Origin: Synechocystis sp. PCC 6803 substr. PCC-P | GTDB lineage: Bacteria > Cyanobacteriota > Cyanobacteriia > Cyanobacteriales > Microcystaceae | Direction of reading: 5' to 3' | DNA: 32,000 bases | Assembly (NCBI RefSeq): GCF_000284455.1 | Contig: NC_017039.1 | Coordinates: 3,150,001-3,182,000 of the forward strand | Shown: positions 19,256 through 28,207 of the stretch, piece after piece | Layout of the letters: each line of letters begins with the position of its first letter | Position numbering within the stretch: position 1 is the first letter of the stretch | The notes under the pieces: model-generated | What the model saw: the letters and a program-made list of their open reading frames with translations, nothing else | The model's database searches: none | What the model was told of the DNA's origin: nothing | Translations under genes and position numbers: made by a program

Positions 19256-20986
19256 ATGAAACAATATCGATTCACTTGGCTCGCAGGATTTGCTACCGTT
19301 ACTAGCCTAACCACATTCCCTGGTTCCGCTGGGGCTCAGATGCTGTATGAGGATGTCGATCCCATGGTAATTACTCCGGTGCAGGAACTGACTACCTTGC
19401 TGGACCAGCCCATGGGCCAAGTGACATCGGTTTCGGAGTTGCGGGATGTGCAACCAACGGATTGGGCCTATGAAGCCTTAAAAAGTTTAGTAGAGCGTTA
19501 CGGTTGCATTGTGGGTTACCCCGATCGCACTTTCCGCGGCGATCGTGCCCTCAGTCGTTGGGAATTTGCCGCTGGTCTCAATGCCTGTATGAACGTGATG
19601 GAGCGGTTAATACAGGAAAATGTGGCCGTCATTCGGGCCGATATTGACAAGCTCCAACGGCTGGCAAGGGAATTTGAAGCAGAACTGGCTGCTTTGGGGG
19701 CCAGGGTTGATAACCTGGAAACCCGTACAGCCTACCTGGAAGACAATCAATTTTCCACCACCACCAAACTGAATGGGGAAGTGATTTTTTCCATTAGTGG
19801 TGCCACCGGGGGAGAACCGGATTCGGATAATGCCCAGATAGTTTTTAACGATCGGGTGCGCTTAAACCTCACCACTAGCTTTACCGGTAAAGATGCCTTA
19901 ATTACGGGTTTGCAGGCCTATAACTTTACTGCTGGAAAACCCATTACCGGCACGGGAAGTGTGGCGGAAACTCTTTTTCCCAACGATGCCTCAATTTTGG
20001 GTGAAGGCATGACCAGTTTTAACTATGAACCCCAGTTTGCTGGTTTTAATCCCCAAAATCTCCAACCCAGTTGTGGCAATAACAGCGTATGTCTGTATAA
20101 ATTGCTCTATGTCACACCGGTAGCAGATAATTTCACCGTTTTTGTTGGACCGAAAGCGGAAGTCACCGATGCTTTTCCCACCATTGTCCCCTTTGCCAGT
20201 GAAGGTCAGGGCACTCTTTCCCGGGCTTTTGCCATTAACCCGGTACTACGGGTCTCGGGGGGAACAACGGAAACGGGTTTAGCCTCGGCTGCCGGCTTCA
20301 TTTACAAGCCTAACGATGTGGTCGATTGGCGCGCCCTTTACGGCTCTGTCAACGCTGCTATTCCCCAAAATGAAGGCTTTCCCGGCACTCCCCTCGGAGC
20401 GGGCTTATTCAACGGCAGTTTTGTGGCGGCAACCCAATTAACCCTCTATCCCACCGAAAATCTCGATCTTGGTTTCAACTATGCCTATAGCTACCACCAG
20501 CTCAATATTTTAGGTACGGGACTAACCGGGGCAGCGGCGGGAACCCTAGGCGGCCTACCGTTGACAACCCCAGTTAACGTTAATTCGGTGGGGGCGACCT
20601 TAACTTGGCGTATTAATTCCAGCATTTACTTCACCGGCTATGGTGCTTACTTCATGGTGGATCAGGCCAATGGCGGTTCGGCTTTTACCGATCTTGCTAG
20701 TTGGATGGCTGGGCTTTATTTCCCGGATGCCTTTGTGGAAGGTAATACGGCCGGTTTGATGTTTGGTCAACCCCTCACTAGGGTTGGGGCCGGTAATGGG
20801 GCAACTTTAACACCCGCCAATATCAGCAACCGTGCCACGCCCTACCAAATCGAAGCGTTTTATAACTACAAGATCAACAACAATCTCAGCATTACTCCCG
20901 GTGCGTTTGTAATTTTTAATCCGGAAGGCGACTCTAACAATAGTACAACAGGGGTCTTTGCCCTACGGACGACGTTCACATTTTAG
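19256..20986 (+). CDS. SLH-domain / OprB-type outer membrane porin
   Basis: Track ORF starts at 19181, but MKQYRFTWLAGFATVTSLTTFPGSAGA (ATG at 19256) gives a proper signal peptide. SLH-like DVQPTDWAYEALKSLVERYGCIVGYPDRTFRGDRALSRWEFAAGLNACM, coiled coil DIDKLQRLAREFEAELAALGARVDNLE, then beta-barrel-like sequence ending in F (FALRTTFTF in the track translation). Confidence 0.85.
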   Translation: MKQYRFTWLAGFATVTSLTTFPGSAGAQMLYEDVDPMVITPVQELTTLLDQPMGQVTSVSELRDVQPTDWAYEALKSLVERYGCIVGYPDRTFRGDRALSRWEFAAGLNACMNVMERLIQENVAVIRADIDKLQRLAREFEAELAALGARVDNLETRTAYLEDNQFSTTTKLNGEVIFSISGATGGEPDSDNAQIVFNDRVRLNLTTSFTGKDALITGLQAYNFTAGKPITGTGSVAETLFPNDASILGEGMTSFNYEPQFAGFNPQNLQPSCGNNSVCLYKLLYVTPVADNFTVFVGPKAEVTDAFPTIVPFASEGQGTLSRAFAINPVLRVSGGTTETGLASAAGFIYKPNDVVDWRALYGSVNAAIPQNEGFPGTPLGAGLFNGSFVAATQLTLYPTENLDLGFNYAYSYHQLNILGTGLTGAAAGTLGGLPLTTPVNVNSVGATLTWRINSSIYFTGYGAYFMVDQANGGSAFTDLASWMAGLYFPDAFVEGNTAGLMFGQPLTRVGAGNGATLTPANISNRATPYQIEAFYNYKINNNLSITPGAFVIFNPEGDSNNSTTGVFALRTTFTF

Positions 20987-21115
20987 AGCCTGTTTAAAAG
21001 CCCCCCTGCCCCCCCAAATTTGGGGGGAAACCGAGTGAAAGTTCCCCAGTATTTCTGGAGCTTTAGCAGGTCGATTTAGAGGGCGGAATAAAACTTTCCA
21101 AACACATTCTTAGGC
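20987..21115. repeat. Candidate dispersed non-autonomous repeat / MITE-like insert with GC-rich palindrome
   Basis: Contains perfect palindrome CCCCCCAAATTTGGGGGG (21010-21027) preceded by CCCCCCTG, plus imperfect hairpin around CCAGTATTTCTGG, in the gap between porin and cmpC. Boundaries approximate. Confidence 0.4.
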
Positions 21116-21162
21116 ATTATTGGCCTAGTATCTTATCCATTTAATCAATCTTCTGACCCACC

Positions 21163-23166
21163 ATGAGTCTTTTTGTTGCTGTTGATAATATCGATAAGGT
21201 TTTTTCCCTCACCGATGGAGGTGAATACATCGCCCTCAAGGGGATTAACTTGGAAATTAAAAAGGGGGAATTTGTTTCCCTGATTGGCCACTCCGGCTGT
21301 GGTAAGTCAACTTTGCTAAATATGATTGCGGGGTTAGATTTACCAAGTGAAGGCATTGTTACCCTGGAAGGTCAGCGGATCAAGCAGCCCGGCCCGGACA
21401 AAATGGTGATTTTCCAAAATTACTCCCTACTGCCTTGGTTAACGGTGAAGCAAAATATTGCCCTCGCTGTGGATGAGGTGATGAAGGGGGCATCGGCGGC
21501 GGAACGCAAGGCCATTGTTGAAGAACACATTAATTTAGTGGGCCTAGGCCATGCAGTGGATAAGCGGCCCGGTGAATTATCCGGGGGAATGAAACAACGG
21601 GTGGCGATCGCCAGGGCGTTGGCCATTCGACCAAAATTATTGTTACTGGATGAACCCTTTGGCGCGTTGGATGCTTTGACCAGGGGCAATTTACAAGAGC
21701 AATTAATGCGCATTTGTGAACAGTATCAAGTCACAGCGGTGATGGTTACCCACGACGTGGATGAAGCGGTTTTATTATCAGATCGGATTGTGATGCTAAC
21801 CAATGGCCCCGGTTCCAACATTGGCGGTATTTTGGAAGTGGATATTCCCCGCCCCCGTAAACGCATGGAAGTGGTAGAACACCCTAGTTACTACAGCCTC
21901 CGCAGCGAGATTATTTACTTCCTCAACCAACAAAAACGGATCAAAAAATTACGGGCGAAAAAAACCACGGCGATCGCCAGACATGGCCTAGAAAAAGTCA
22001 ATCTGGAATTGGGCTATGTGCCCCTGGTGGCCTGTGCGCCCCTGGTGGTGGCCCAGGAAAAAGGCTTTTTTGCCAAGCATGGCTTAGATGAAGTGAGCTT
22101 GGTGCGGGAAACCAGTTGGCGGGGCATTGTGGACGGCATCGCTGGGGGTTACCTAGATGGGGCTCAAATGCCAGCGGGGATGCCCACTTGGCTAACCGCA
22201 GGGGGTTATCGGGAACAATCCATTCCCGTGGTCAGCGCTTTGACCATGACCCGCAACGGCAACGCCATTACCCTCAGTAAAAAACTCTACGACCAAGGCA
22301 TTTACACCGCCGAGGATTTTCGCCAGCTTCTATTGGCCTCGGACGGCGATCGCCACACCCTGGGCATGGTCCACCCTTCCTCCATGCATAACCTCCTGTT
22401 GCGCTATTGGCTGGCGGCCCACAACATCAACCCAGACCGGGATGTGCATCTGAAAACCATTCCCCCGGCCCAGATGGTAGCCGATCTGAAGGCAGGCACC
22501 ATTGACGGCTATTGTGTCAGCGAACCCTGGAATTTACGGGCTTCCATGGAAGGGGCTGGGTTTAGCATTGCCACCGATTTGGAAATTTGGCAAAATCACC
22601 CCGGTAAAGTTTTAGGAGTGCGGGAAGATTGGGCGATCGCCCATCCCAATACTCATGTGGCCTTGGTGAAAGCTCTGTTGGAAGCCTGTGCCTACTGCGC
22701 TGACCCCAACCACGAAATGGAAATTCGGGAACTGTTGGCCACCCGTCAATACCTCAGCACCAACATTGACTATATTCACCTGGGTGATCCCGAAGGCCGC
22801 ACCTGCCGCCTAGGCAATCCCGTGGAATATTCCCACCATCTTTTCTTTGGCGATCAATTTAACCGTCCCAGTCGTACCGAACATCTTTGGATGATGACCC
22901 AAATGGCCCGCTGGGGAGATATTCCCTTTCCCCGCAACTGGGTGGAAATTTTAGAGCGGGTTTGTCGAGTCGGGGTATTTAGTACCGCCGCCCGGGAATT
23001 GGGCTACGACGTGAACTATCAGCGGCAACCGATCGCCCTTTTTGACGGGAAAGTATTTAACGCCGATGACCCCATTGCCTACCTGAATCAAACTGTCATT
23101 CATCGCAATTTCACCATTGCTGAAGTACATCTTGATAACCCCACCCCAGCCCCAGTTTTTGCCTAA
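21163..23166 (+). CDS. cmpC: CmpC: ABC ATPase fused to a CmpA/NrtA-like solute-binding domain
   Basis: 667-aa ORF. N-terminal ATPase with LIGHSGCGKSTLLNMIAGL and ELSGGMKQRVAIARALA; C-terminal [64 protein letters not shown] resembles CmpA. Confidence 0.92.
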   Translation: MSLFVAVDNIDKVFSLTDGGEYIALKGINLEIKKGEFVSLIGHSGCGKSTLLNMIAGLDLPSEGIVTLEGQRIKQPGPDKMVIFQNYSLLPWLTVKQNIALAVDEVMKGASAAERKAIVEEHINLVGLGHAVDKRPGELSGGMKQRVAIARALAIRPKLLLLDEPFGALDALTRGNLQEQLMRICEQYQVTAVMVTHDVDEAVLLSDRIVMLTNGPGSNIGGILEVDIPRPRKRMEVVEHPSYYSLRSEIIYFLNQQKRIKKLRAKKTTAIARHGLEKVNLELGYVPLVACAPLVVAQEKGFFAKHGLDEVSLVRETSWRGIVDGIAGGYLDGAQMPAGMPTWLTAGGYREQSIPVVSALTMTRNGNAITLSKKLYDQGIYTAEDFRQLLLASDGDRHTLGMVHPSSMHNLLLRYWLAAHNINPDRDVHLKTIPPAQMVADLKAGTIDGYCVSEPWNLRASMEGAGFSIATDLEIWQNHPGKVLGVREDWAIAHPNTHVALVKALLEACAYCADPNHEMEIRELLATRQYLSTNIDYIHLGDPEGRTCRLGNPVEYSHHLFFGDQFNRPSRTEHLWMMTQMARWGDIPFPRNWVEILERVCRVGVFSTAARELGYDVNYQRQPIALFDGKVFNADDPIAYLNQTVIHRNFTIAEVHLDNPTPAPVFA

Positions 23167-23238
23167 ATTCCCTTACCTAACAGGGTTTTGGAACCAAACC
23201 GATAAAACTCAAACCGAAACTATTTCCCGCTCACCGAT

Positions 23239-24087
23239 ATGCAAACCTTAAAATCCCAGCGCGCCATGCCTACTGCAACTCCATCGGATCAAAAAACCAC
23301 TGCCTTTTTAACCATCGAAAACGTTTCCAAGGTGTACCCCACCGCCAAGGGTCCTTACACGGTGTTGGAAAATGTCAACCTCACCGTTAACGAAGGGGAA
23401 TTTATTTGCGTCATTGGCCACTCCGGTTGTGGTAAATCAACTCTGCTCAATATGGTGTCCGGTTTTGCCAGTCCCACAGACGGCTCTGTGCAGGTGGGAG
23501 GAAAAATCATCACTGAGCCTGGCCCCGATCGCATGGTGGTATTCCAAAACTATGCCCTACTGCCTTGGTTAACTGCCCTGGAAAATGTGTACATTGCCGT
23601 AGATGCTGTCCATTCCCAAAAAACAGAAGCGGAAAAACGGGCGATCGCCAAAGACCATTTAGCCATGGTGGGCCTAACCGATTCCATGGATAAAAAACCG
23701 GGGCAAATTTCTGGCGGCATGAAGCAAAGGGTCTCCATTGCCCGGGCCCTGGCCATTCGTCCAGAAGTGCTAATCCTTGATGAACCATTTGGAGCCTTGG
23801 ATGCTATCACCAAGGAGGAATTACAGGAAGAGTTACTACAAATCTGGAATGACCACCGCTGCACCGTGTTGATGATCACCCACGACATTGATGAAGCCCT
23901 CTTCCTGGCCGATCGCCTTGTGATGATGACCAATGGCCCCCACGCCAACATTGGCGAAATTATGACCATACCCTTTTCTCGCCCCCGGGACCGGGACAGG
24001 ATTATGGAAGACCCCACCTATTACCAGCTACGTAACTACGCCCTCGACTTCCTCTATAACCGCTTTGCCCATGACGACGTGGCTTAG
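23239..24087 (+). CDS. cmpD: CmpD: bicarbonate transporter ABC ATPase
   Basis: 282-aa ORF with VIGHSGCGKSTLLNMVSGF, QISGGMKQRVSIARALAIRPEVLILDEPFGALDAITKE, TMLITHDIDEALFLADR. Confidence 0.92.
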   Translation: MQTLKSQRAMPTATPSDQKTTAFLTIENVSKVYPTAKGPYTVLENVNLTVNEGEFICVIGHSGCGKSTLLNMVSGFASPTDGSVQVGGKIITEPGPDRMVVFQNYALLPWLTALENVYIAVDAVHSQKTEAEKRAIAKDHLAMVGLTDSMDKKPGQISGGMKQRVSIARALAIRPEVLILDEPFGALDAITKEELQEELLQIWNDHRCTVLMITHDIDEALFLADRLVMMTNGPHANIGEIMTIPFSRPRDRDRIMEDPTYYQLRNYALDFLYNRFAHDDVA

Positions 24088-24370
24088 AAAGTTATAGCCA
24101 AGATACTACTCCCAAATTGTTTAGGCTAATTCCCTGCTTTTTGGGAGAAATTGATTCCAACAGTGCGCTAGGAGTAGTTCTTGAGACGAATAGTTGCTCG
24201 TACTACATCCAAGAACTTTCCGGGGGAACATGGGGAACATATAGTTCATTTAAGGGTATGCTAATCGGCGTAACACACTTTTGCGGATGATATACGGAAA
24301 AGCTCTGGCGATCAGGGAATTATTGCTCTTCTATCATTGTGGGTTAAACTCACTTCGGTTTGCTGGAGCC

Positions 24371-25894
24371 CTACACTTCCCCCAATTCCTTGACTTCAAT
24401 TTCGATGCGGGGCGGGGCTGGCACACTGACTAAATCTGGGTGCCCTGTCAACAAAACCGCCGTTTGGGGCTCACTCCACTGGGTTAACCAATGGGGTTGA
24501 ATGCCCAAAGCAATGATGACCACCGCCAAGGCGATCGCCGGAATTTGTTCCTGCCAACGCACCTTAGGTAAATGGGACAGTTCCATGGTGAGACGGCCAA
24601 AGAAAACCCGATTAATCATTAACAGGAAATAAACTGCCGTTAAACCGCTACCAATTAAGCACAGGAGGGTTTGGGTAGGGAAAATCGGAAAACTGCCCCG
24701 GAATACCAAAAATTCAGCAATAAAGCCCACCATGCCTGGAATGCCAGCGCTGGCCATGACACCGAGAATCATCAAACTGCCGGTGATGGGTAAACCCCGT
24801 TCGGGAGTTAACAGTCCTTGCAATTTATCCACGTCCCGACTGCCGGTTTTTTTATACACTACCCCCACCAACAGAAACAGCAGGGCAGAAATGATGCCAT
24901 GGCTCACCATCTGAGCCGAAGCGGCGGTCACACTCAAGCGGGTAGCGGCGGCAGCAGCCAAGAGAATATAACCCATGTGGGCAATGGAAGAATAGGCCAC
25001 CACTTTTTTCATATCCTTTTGAGCGATCGCACAGGAAGCACCATAAAGGGCGCTAATAGCCGCTAGGGTTGCTAAATAGGGGGCAAATTCCACCCAGGCC
25101 TCCAGGTAAAGCCCCAATCCAAAACGCAGTAAGCCATAGGTGCCTAGTTTAAGTAAAACCCCTGCCAACAAGACAGAAACGGGAGTGGAAGCTTCCACGT
25201 GGGCATCCGGTAGCCAGGTGTGGAAGGGGAAAATGGGAATTTTAATGCCCAAACCGAGCAGTAGGGGCAACAAGAGCAACATTTGGGTTTTTACTGGAAG
25301 GGCATCGGCCAAGCTGGGATTGTAGTCAAAGTTGGGCGCCTTGGTCAACCAGAACCAACCCAAGAAAGACACTAGTACCAGAAAACCGGACAGGGCAGTG
25401 TAAAGCAAAAACTTCATAGCTGCATAACCCCGCCGTTGTCCTCCCCAAATGGCAATGAGAAAATAAAGAGGAATAATTTCCAGCTCAAAAAAGAGGAAAA
25501 ATAAGAGCAAATCTTGGGCTAAAAATGCCCCTGCTACCCCACCACTGAGAAGCAACAATAAGGCATAGTAAAATCTCGGTCTTTCTATCTCGGTATTGGT
25601 ACTAAAAATGGCAATTACCACCAAAGCACTGTTCAGCAACAATAAGGGCAGAGATAGCCCATCAACCCCTAGGTGATAATTCAAACCCAAACTTGGCAAC
25701 CAGGGATAATATTCCACAAACTGCATCTGGGGATCACTGATGTTAAATTGCCCAGCTAATAAAACGCTCAGCCCAGCCATGGCCACCATAATGCCTAAGG
25801 CAATTTTGCGGGAGTAACAATCATGGTCAGGGTTCGGAATAATAGCAATGAGAATAGCTCCAAAAATGGGGCCCCAGATGAGAGCACTGAGCAT
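24371..25894 (-). CDS. ndhD4: NAD(P)H dehydrogenase-like subunit NdhD4 (CO2-uptake NDH-1 complex)
   Basis: 507-aa NuoM/NdhD family ORF: YHLGVDGLSLPLLLLNSALVVIAIF, PIFPFHTWLPDAHVEASTPVSVLLAGVLLKLGTYGLLRF. Paralogue number inferred from pairing with ndhF4 and synteny. Confidence 0.82.
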   Translation of the reverse strand: MLSALIWGPIFGAILIAIIPNPDHDCYSRKIALGIMVAMAGLSVLLAGQFNISDPQMQFVEYYPWLPSLGLNYHLGVDGLSLPLLLLNSALVVIAIFSTNTEIERPRFYYALLLLLSGGVAGAFLAQDLLLFFLFFELEIIPLYFLIAIWGGQRRGYAAMKFLLYTALSGFLVLVSFLGWFWLTKAPNFDYNPSLADALPVKTQMLLLLPLLLGLGIKIPIFPFHTWLPDAHVEASTPVSVLLAGVLLKLGTYGLLRFGLGLYLEAWVEFAPYLATLAAISALYGASCAIAQKDMKKVVAYSSIAHMGYILLAAAAATRLSVTAASAQMVSHGIISALLFLLVGVVYKKTGSRDVDKLQGLLTPERGLPITGSLMILGVMASAGIPGMVGFIAEFLVFRGSFPIFPTQTLLCLIGSGLTAVYFLLMINRVFFGRLTMELSHLPKVRWQEQIPAIALAVVIIALGIQPHWLTQWSEPQTAVLLTGHPDLVSVPAPPRIEIEVKELGEV

Positions 25895-26058
25895 GGGAAT
25901 TAAGACTTATGTAAAGTTAGTTAAATTTAAGTTGGCTTGGTAAAAATTTAATTAGATACTATCAAGCTAAAAAAATTTGATAAAAATTAGGTTAACATCA
26001 AGCAAATCAGAAAAAGTTAGTTTTAAATCAAGATTAATTAGTTTTGATCTTCCCTCAA

Positions 26059-27963
26059 TTAAGGAAGAATTAGGGACAACCAACTGGACCAAAACTGCCT
26101 GATCGCCATCCATTGACCGCTGAGGGAAAACCAGATCAGCAGGGCTACCCCCACCAAGATGGTGAGCAGATAAAATTGTGACTGCCCGGTGACATTATAT
26201 TTGAGGGCACTGCCGCTGAAAATAGTTACCAAACTGACTAGGTTGACTATGCCGTCGATGACGTAACGATCAAACCAAGTGCTGATTTTGGCGATCGCCG
26301 CCACCGCTGCCACTACCGTAGCGCCATAAATTTTATCCAAATAAACATCGTAGGCGAACAAATCCTGCAGGAAACGCACCGGCAGTCGACTTGAGCGAGA
26401 GAGATTCCGTCGTAAAGGCATAAGACTACCCAACAAAATTCCTGTAATTCCCGCCACCATCAGGAGAGGCATGGCCCATTGGGTAACGGGGGAAGTTAAA
26501 CCGAGGGGATAGGTGGCTGATAACCAAAAAGACCACTGCAAGGGGGCAATGGGCACCAGCAGAGTCACAATGATCAAACTCACCATGGGCACCGCCATGG
26601 GCCAGGGTACTTCCGGGGCCCGGCGGGTTTTGGGCTGGGGTTTACCCAGAAATACTAAACGAAACACCCTGGTTAAATTGAGGGCAGAAAAGAGGTTAAC
26701 AAAGATCAATAAAGCCAATAGGGGCCAGCTTACCAACCAGTCTCCACTAAACCATTTTTGCCAAGTCCAAAACATGCCTAGGGGAAAAACCGCCAACAAT
26801 CCCGCAGAACCCACCACAAAGGAAGTTGTGGTCACGGGCATACGATTCCATAATCCCCCCATTTCAGTGATATTTTGACCGCTGGTGGTGAAAATAATCG
26901 AACCAATGCTCATAAATAACAAAGCTTTGGCGATCGCATGGGCGAAGAGCAACAGAAAGGCAATGTCTACCTGCCCTAAACCCACCGCAATAAATACCAA
27001 TCCCAGGTAAACGCTGGTCGAATGGGAAAGGGTACGCTTAATGTCAATCTGGGCAATGGCAATCAACGACGTCATCACCACCGTCAATGTCCCCAGTACA
27101 ATCAAGGTCTTGGAGGCGATCGGGGAGAGGGTAAACACCGGCTGTAACTTAATCAACACATAGGCACCGGCTGACACCACCACCGAATTACGCATAATGC
27201 CCGCCGGATTCGGGCCCTCCATGGCTTCGTCCAACCAAAGATTGAGGGGAAATTGAGCGCATTTGCCGGTGGGGCCAGCAATTAGAGATAGTCCCAACAA
27301 AGTAGCGGTGATGCCGGTCACTGGCACCGTACTAGCCCAGTTGTCCAACTGGGAAAAAGTTAAACCCTGACCATAGCTAGAGAGGGCCACTACCCCCATG
27401 AGGAGAATAATATCCCCCACCCTTTTGGTTAAAAAAGCATCCCGGGCGGCGGTAACCACCAGGGGCTGGGCATACCAAAAACCCACCAAAAGATAGGTGG
27501 AAAGGGTTAGCATTTCCAACAGGCCATAGCTTAAAAATAGGGAATCACTCAGGGCAATGCCCCCCAGGGCCGCTTCGAAAAATCCCAGTAGTCCATAGAA
27601 CCGAGCTAAGGACCAGTCCTTCTCCATGTAGCCCAGACCAAAAATCTGGACTAAAAAACTGATGCCAGTCACCACCGATAGGGCCCCCAAACTAACCGGG
27701 GAAATCTCCACCGCCAAGGTGAGGTCTAAATCCGCCACCTGGAGCCAATGGAAAACAATTTGCTCACTCGGTGTTTGCCAAATGGCTGAGAGGGCAACCA
27801 TGCCATGGATGGCAGAAACCAAAGTCATGAAAACATTGAAGTAGGCCGCCGGTCTAGGGCCCGTTTGTTTAATCAGGCGAAATGACCAAGGCAGGCTAAG
27901 GATCGACCCAATCAGACCATAAAAAGGAATAAACCAACTACTTTGTAAAAGAAAATCGGACAT
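26059..27963 (-). CDS. ndhF4: NAD(P)H dehydrogenase-like subunit NdhF4 (CO2-uptake NDH-1 complex)
   Basis: 634-aa NuoL/NdhF family ORF: ISPVSLGALSVVTGISFLVQIFGLGYMEKDWSLARFYGLL, GPTGKCAQFPLNLWLDEAMEGPNPAGIMRNSVVVSAGAYVL (divergent from respiratory NdhF HTWLPDAMEGPTP). Confidence 0.82.
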   Translation of the reverse strand: MSDFLLQSSWFIPFYGLIGSILSLPWSFRLIKQTGPRPAAYFNVFMTLVSAIHGMVALSAIWQTPSEQIVFHWLQVADLDLTLAVEISPVSLGALSVVTGISFLVQIFGLGYMEKDWSLARFYGLLGFFEAALGGIALSDSLFLSYGLLEMLTLSTYLLVGFWYAQPLVVTAARDAFLTKRVGDIILLMGVVALSSYGQGLTFSQLDNWASTVPVTGITATLLGLSLIAGPTGKCAQFPLNLWLDEAMEGPNPAGIMRNSVVVSAGAYVLIKLQPVFTLSPIASKTLIVLGTLTVVMTSLIAIAQIDIKRTLSHSTSVYLGLVFIAVGLGQVDIAFLLLFAHAIAKALLFMSIGSIIFTTSGQNITEMGGLWNRMPVTTTSFVVGSAGLLAVFPLGMFWTWQKWFSGDWLVSWPLLALLIFVNLFSALNLTRVFRLVFLGKPQPKTRRAPEVPWPMAVPMVSLIIVTLLVPIAPLQWSFWLSATYPLGLTSPVTQWAMPLLMVAGITGILLGSLMPLRRNLSRSSRLPVRFLQDLFAYDVYLDKIYGATVVAAVAAIAKISTWFDRYVIDGIVNLVSLVTIFSGSALKYNVTGQSQFYLLTILVGVALLIWFSLSGQWMAIRQFWSSWLSLILP

Positions 27964-28207
27964 TGAGCTTGGGATTGCGAGGAATTTTCGCCTAGGGTTC
28001 GCAGAAAATAGGCAATTTGTGATCAGATTTTACGCTATCGCTGCCTCAATTCTGACTTTGGCGATCGCCGTTGTCGGTCTGGGGGAGGTTTTATTACCCC
28101 CGTTTAACTCTATAGGTAAACCCCGGCTTTGTGGATTGCCAAAGTTGATTGGGAGGCCCATTTTGACCCCCATTGCGGTTTTTCCAGACCCCAAGGAGCA
28201 ACAATGT

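Noticed and set aside
23550-24017. 155-aa minus-strand ORF
   Set aside because: Antisense to cmpD ATPase motifs; ABC ATPase genes commonly give long reverse-frame ORFs.
16882-24087. Assignment of the transporter as nitrate/nitrite NrtABCD
   Set aside because: The NrtA/B/C/D families are very similar, but the divergent LysR regulator, in-operon porin and adjacent ndhD4/F4, with no nitrate reductase gene, fit CmpABCD better. Residual uncertainty is small and a phylogenetic tree would settle it.
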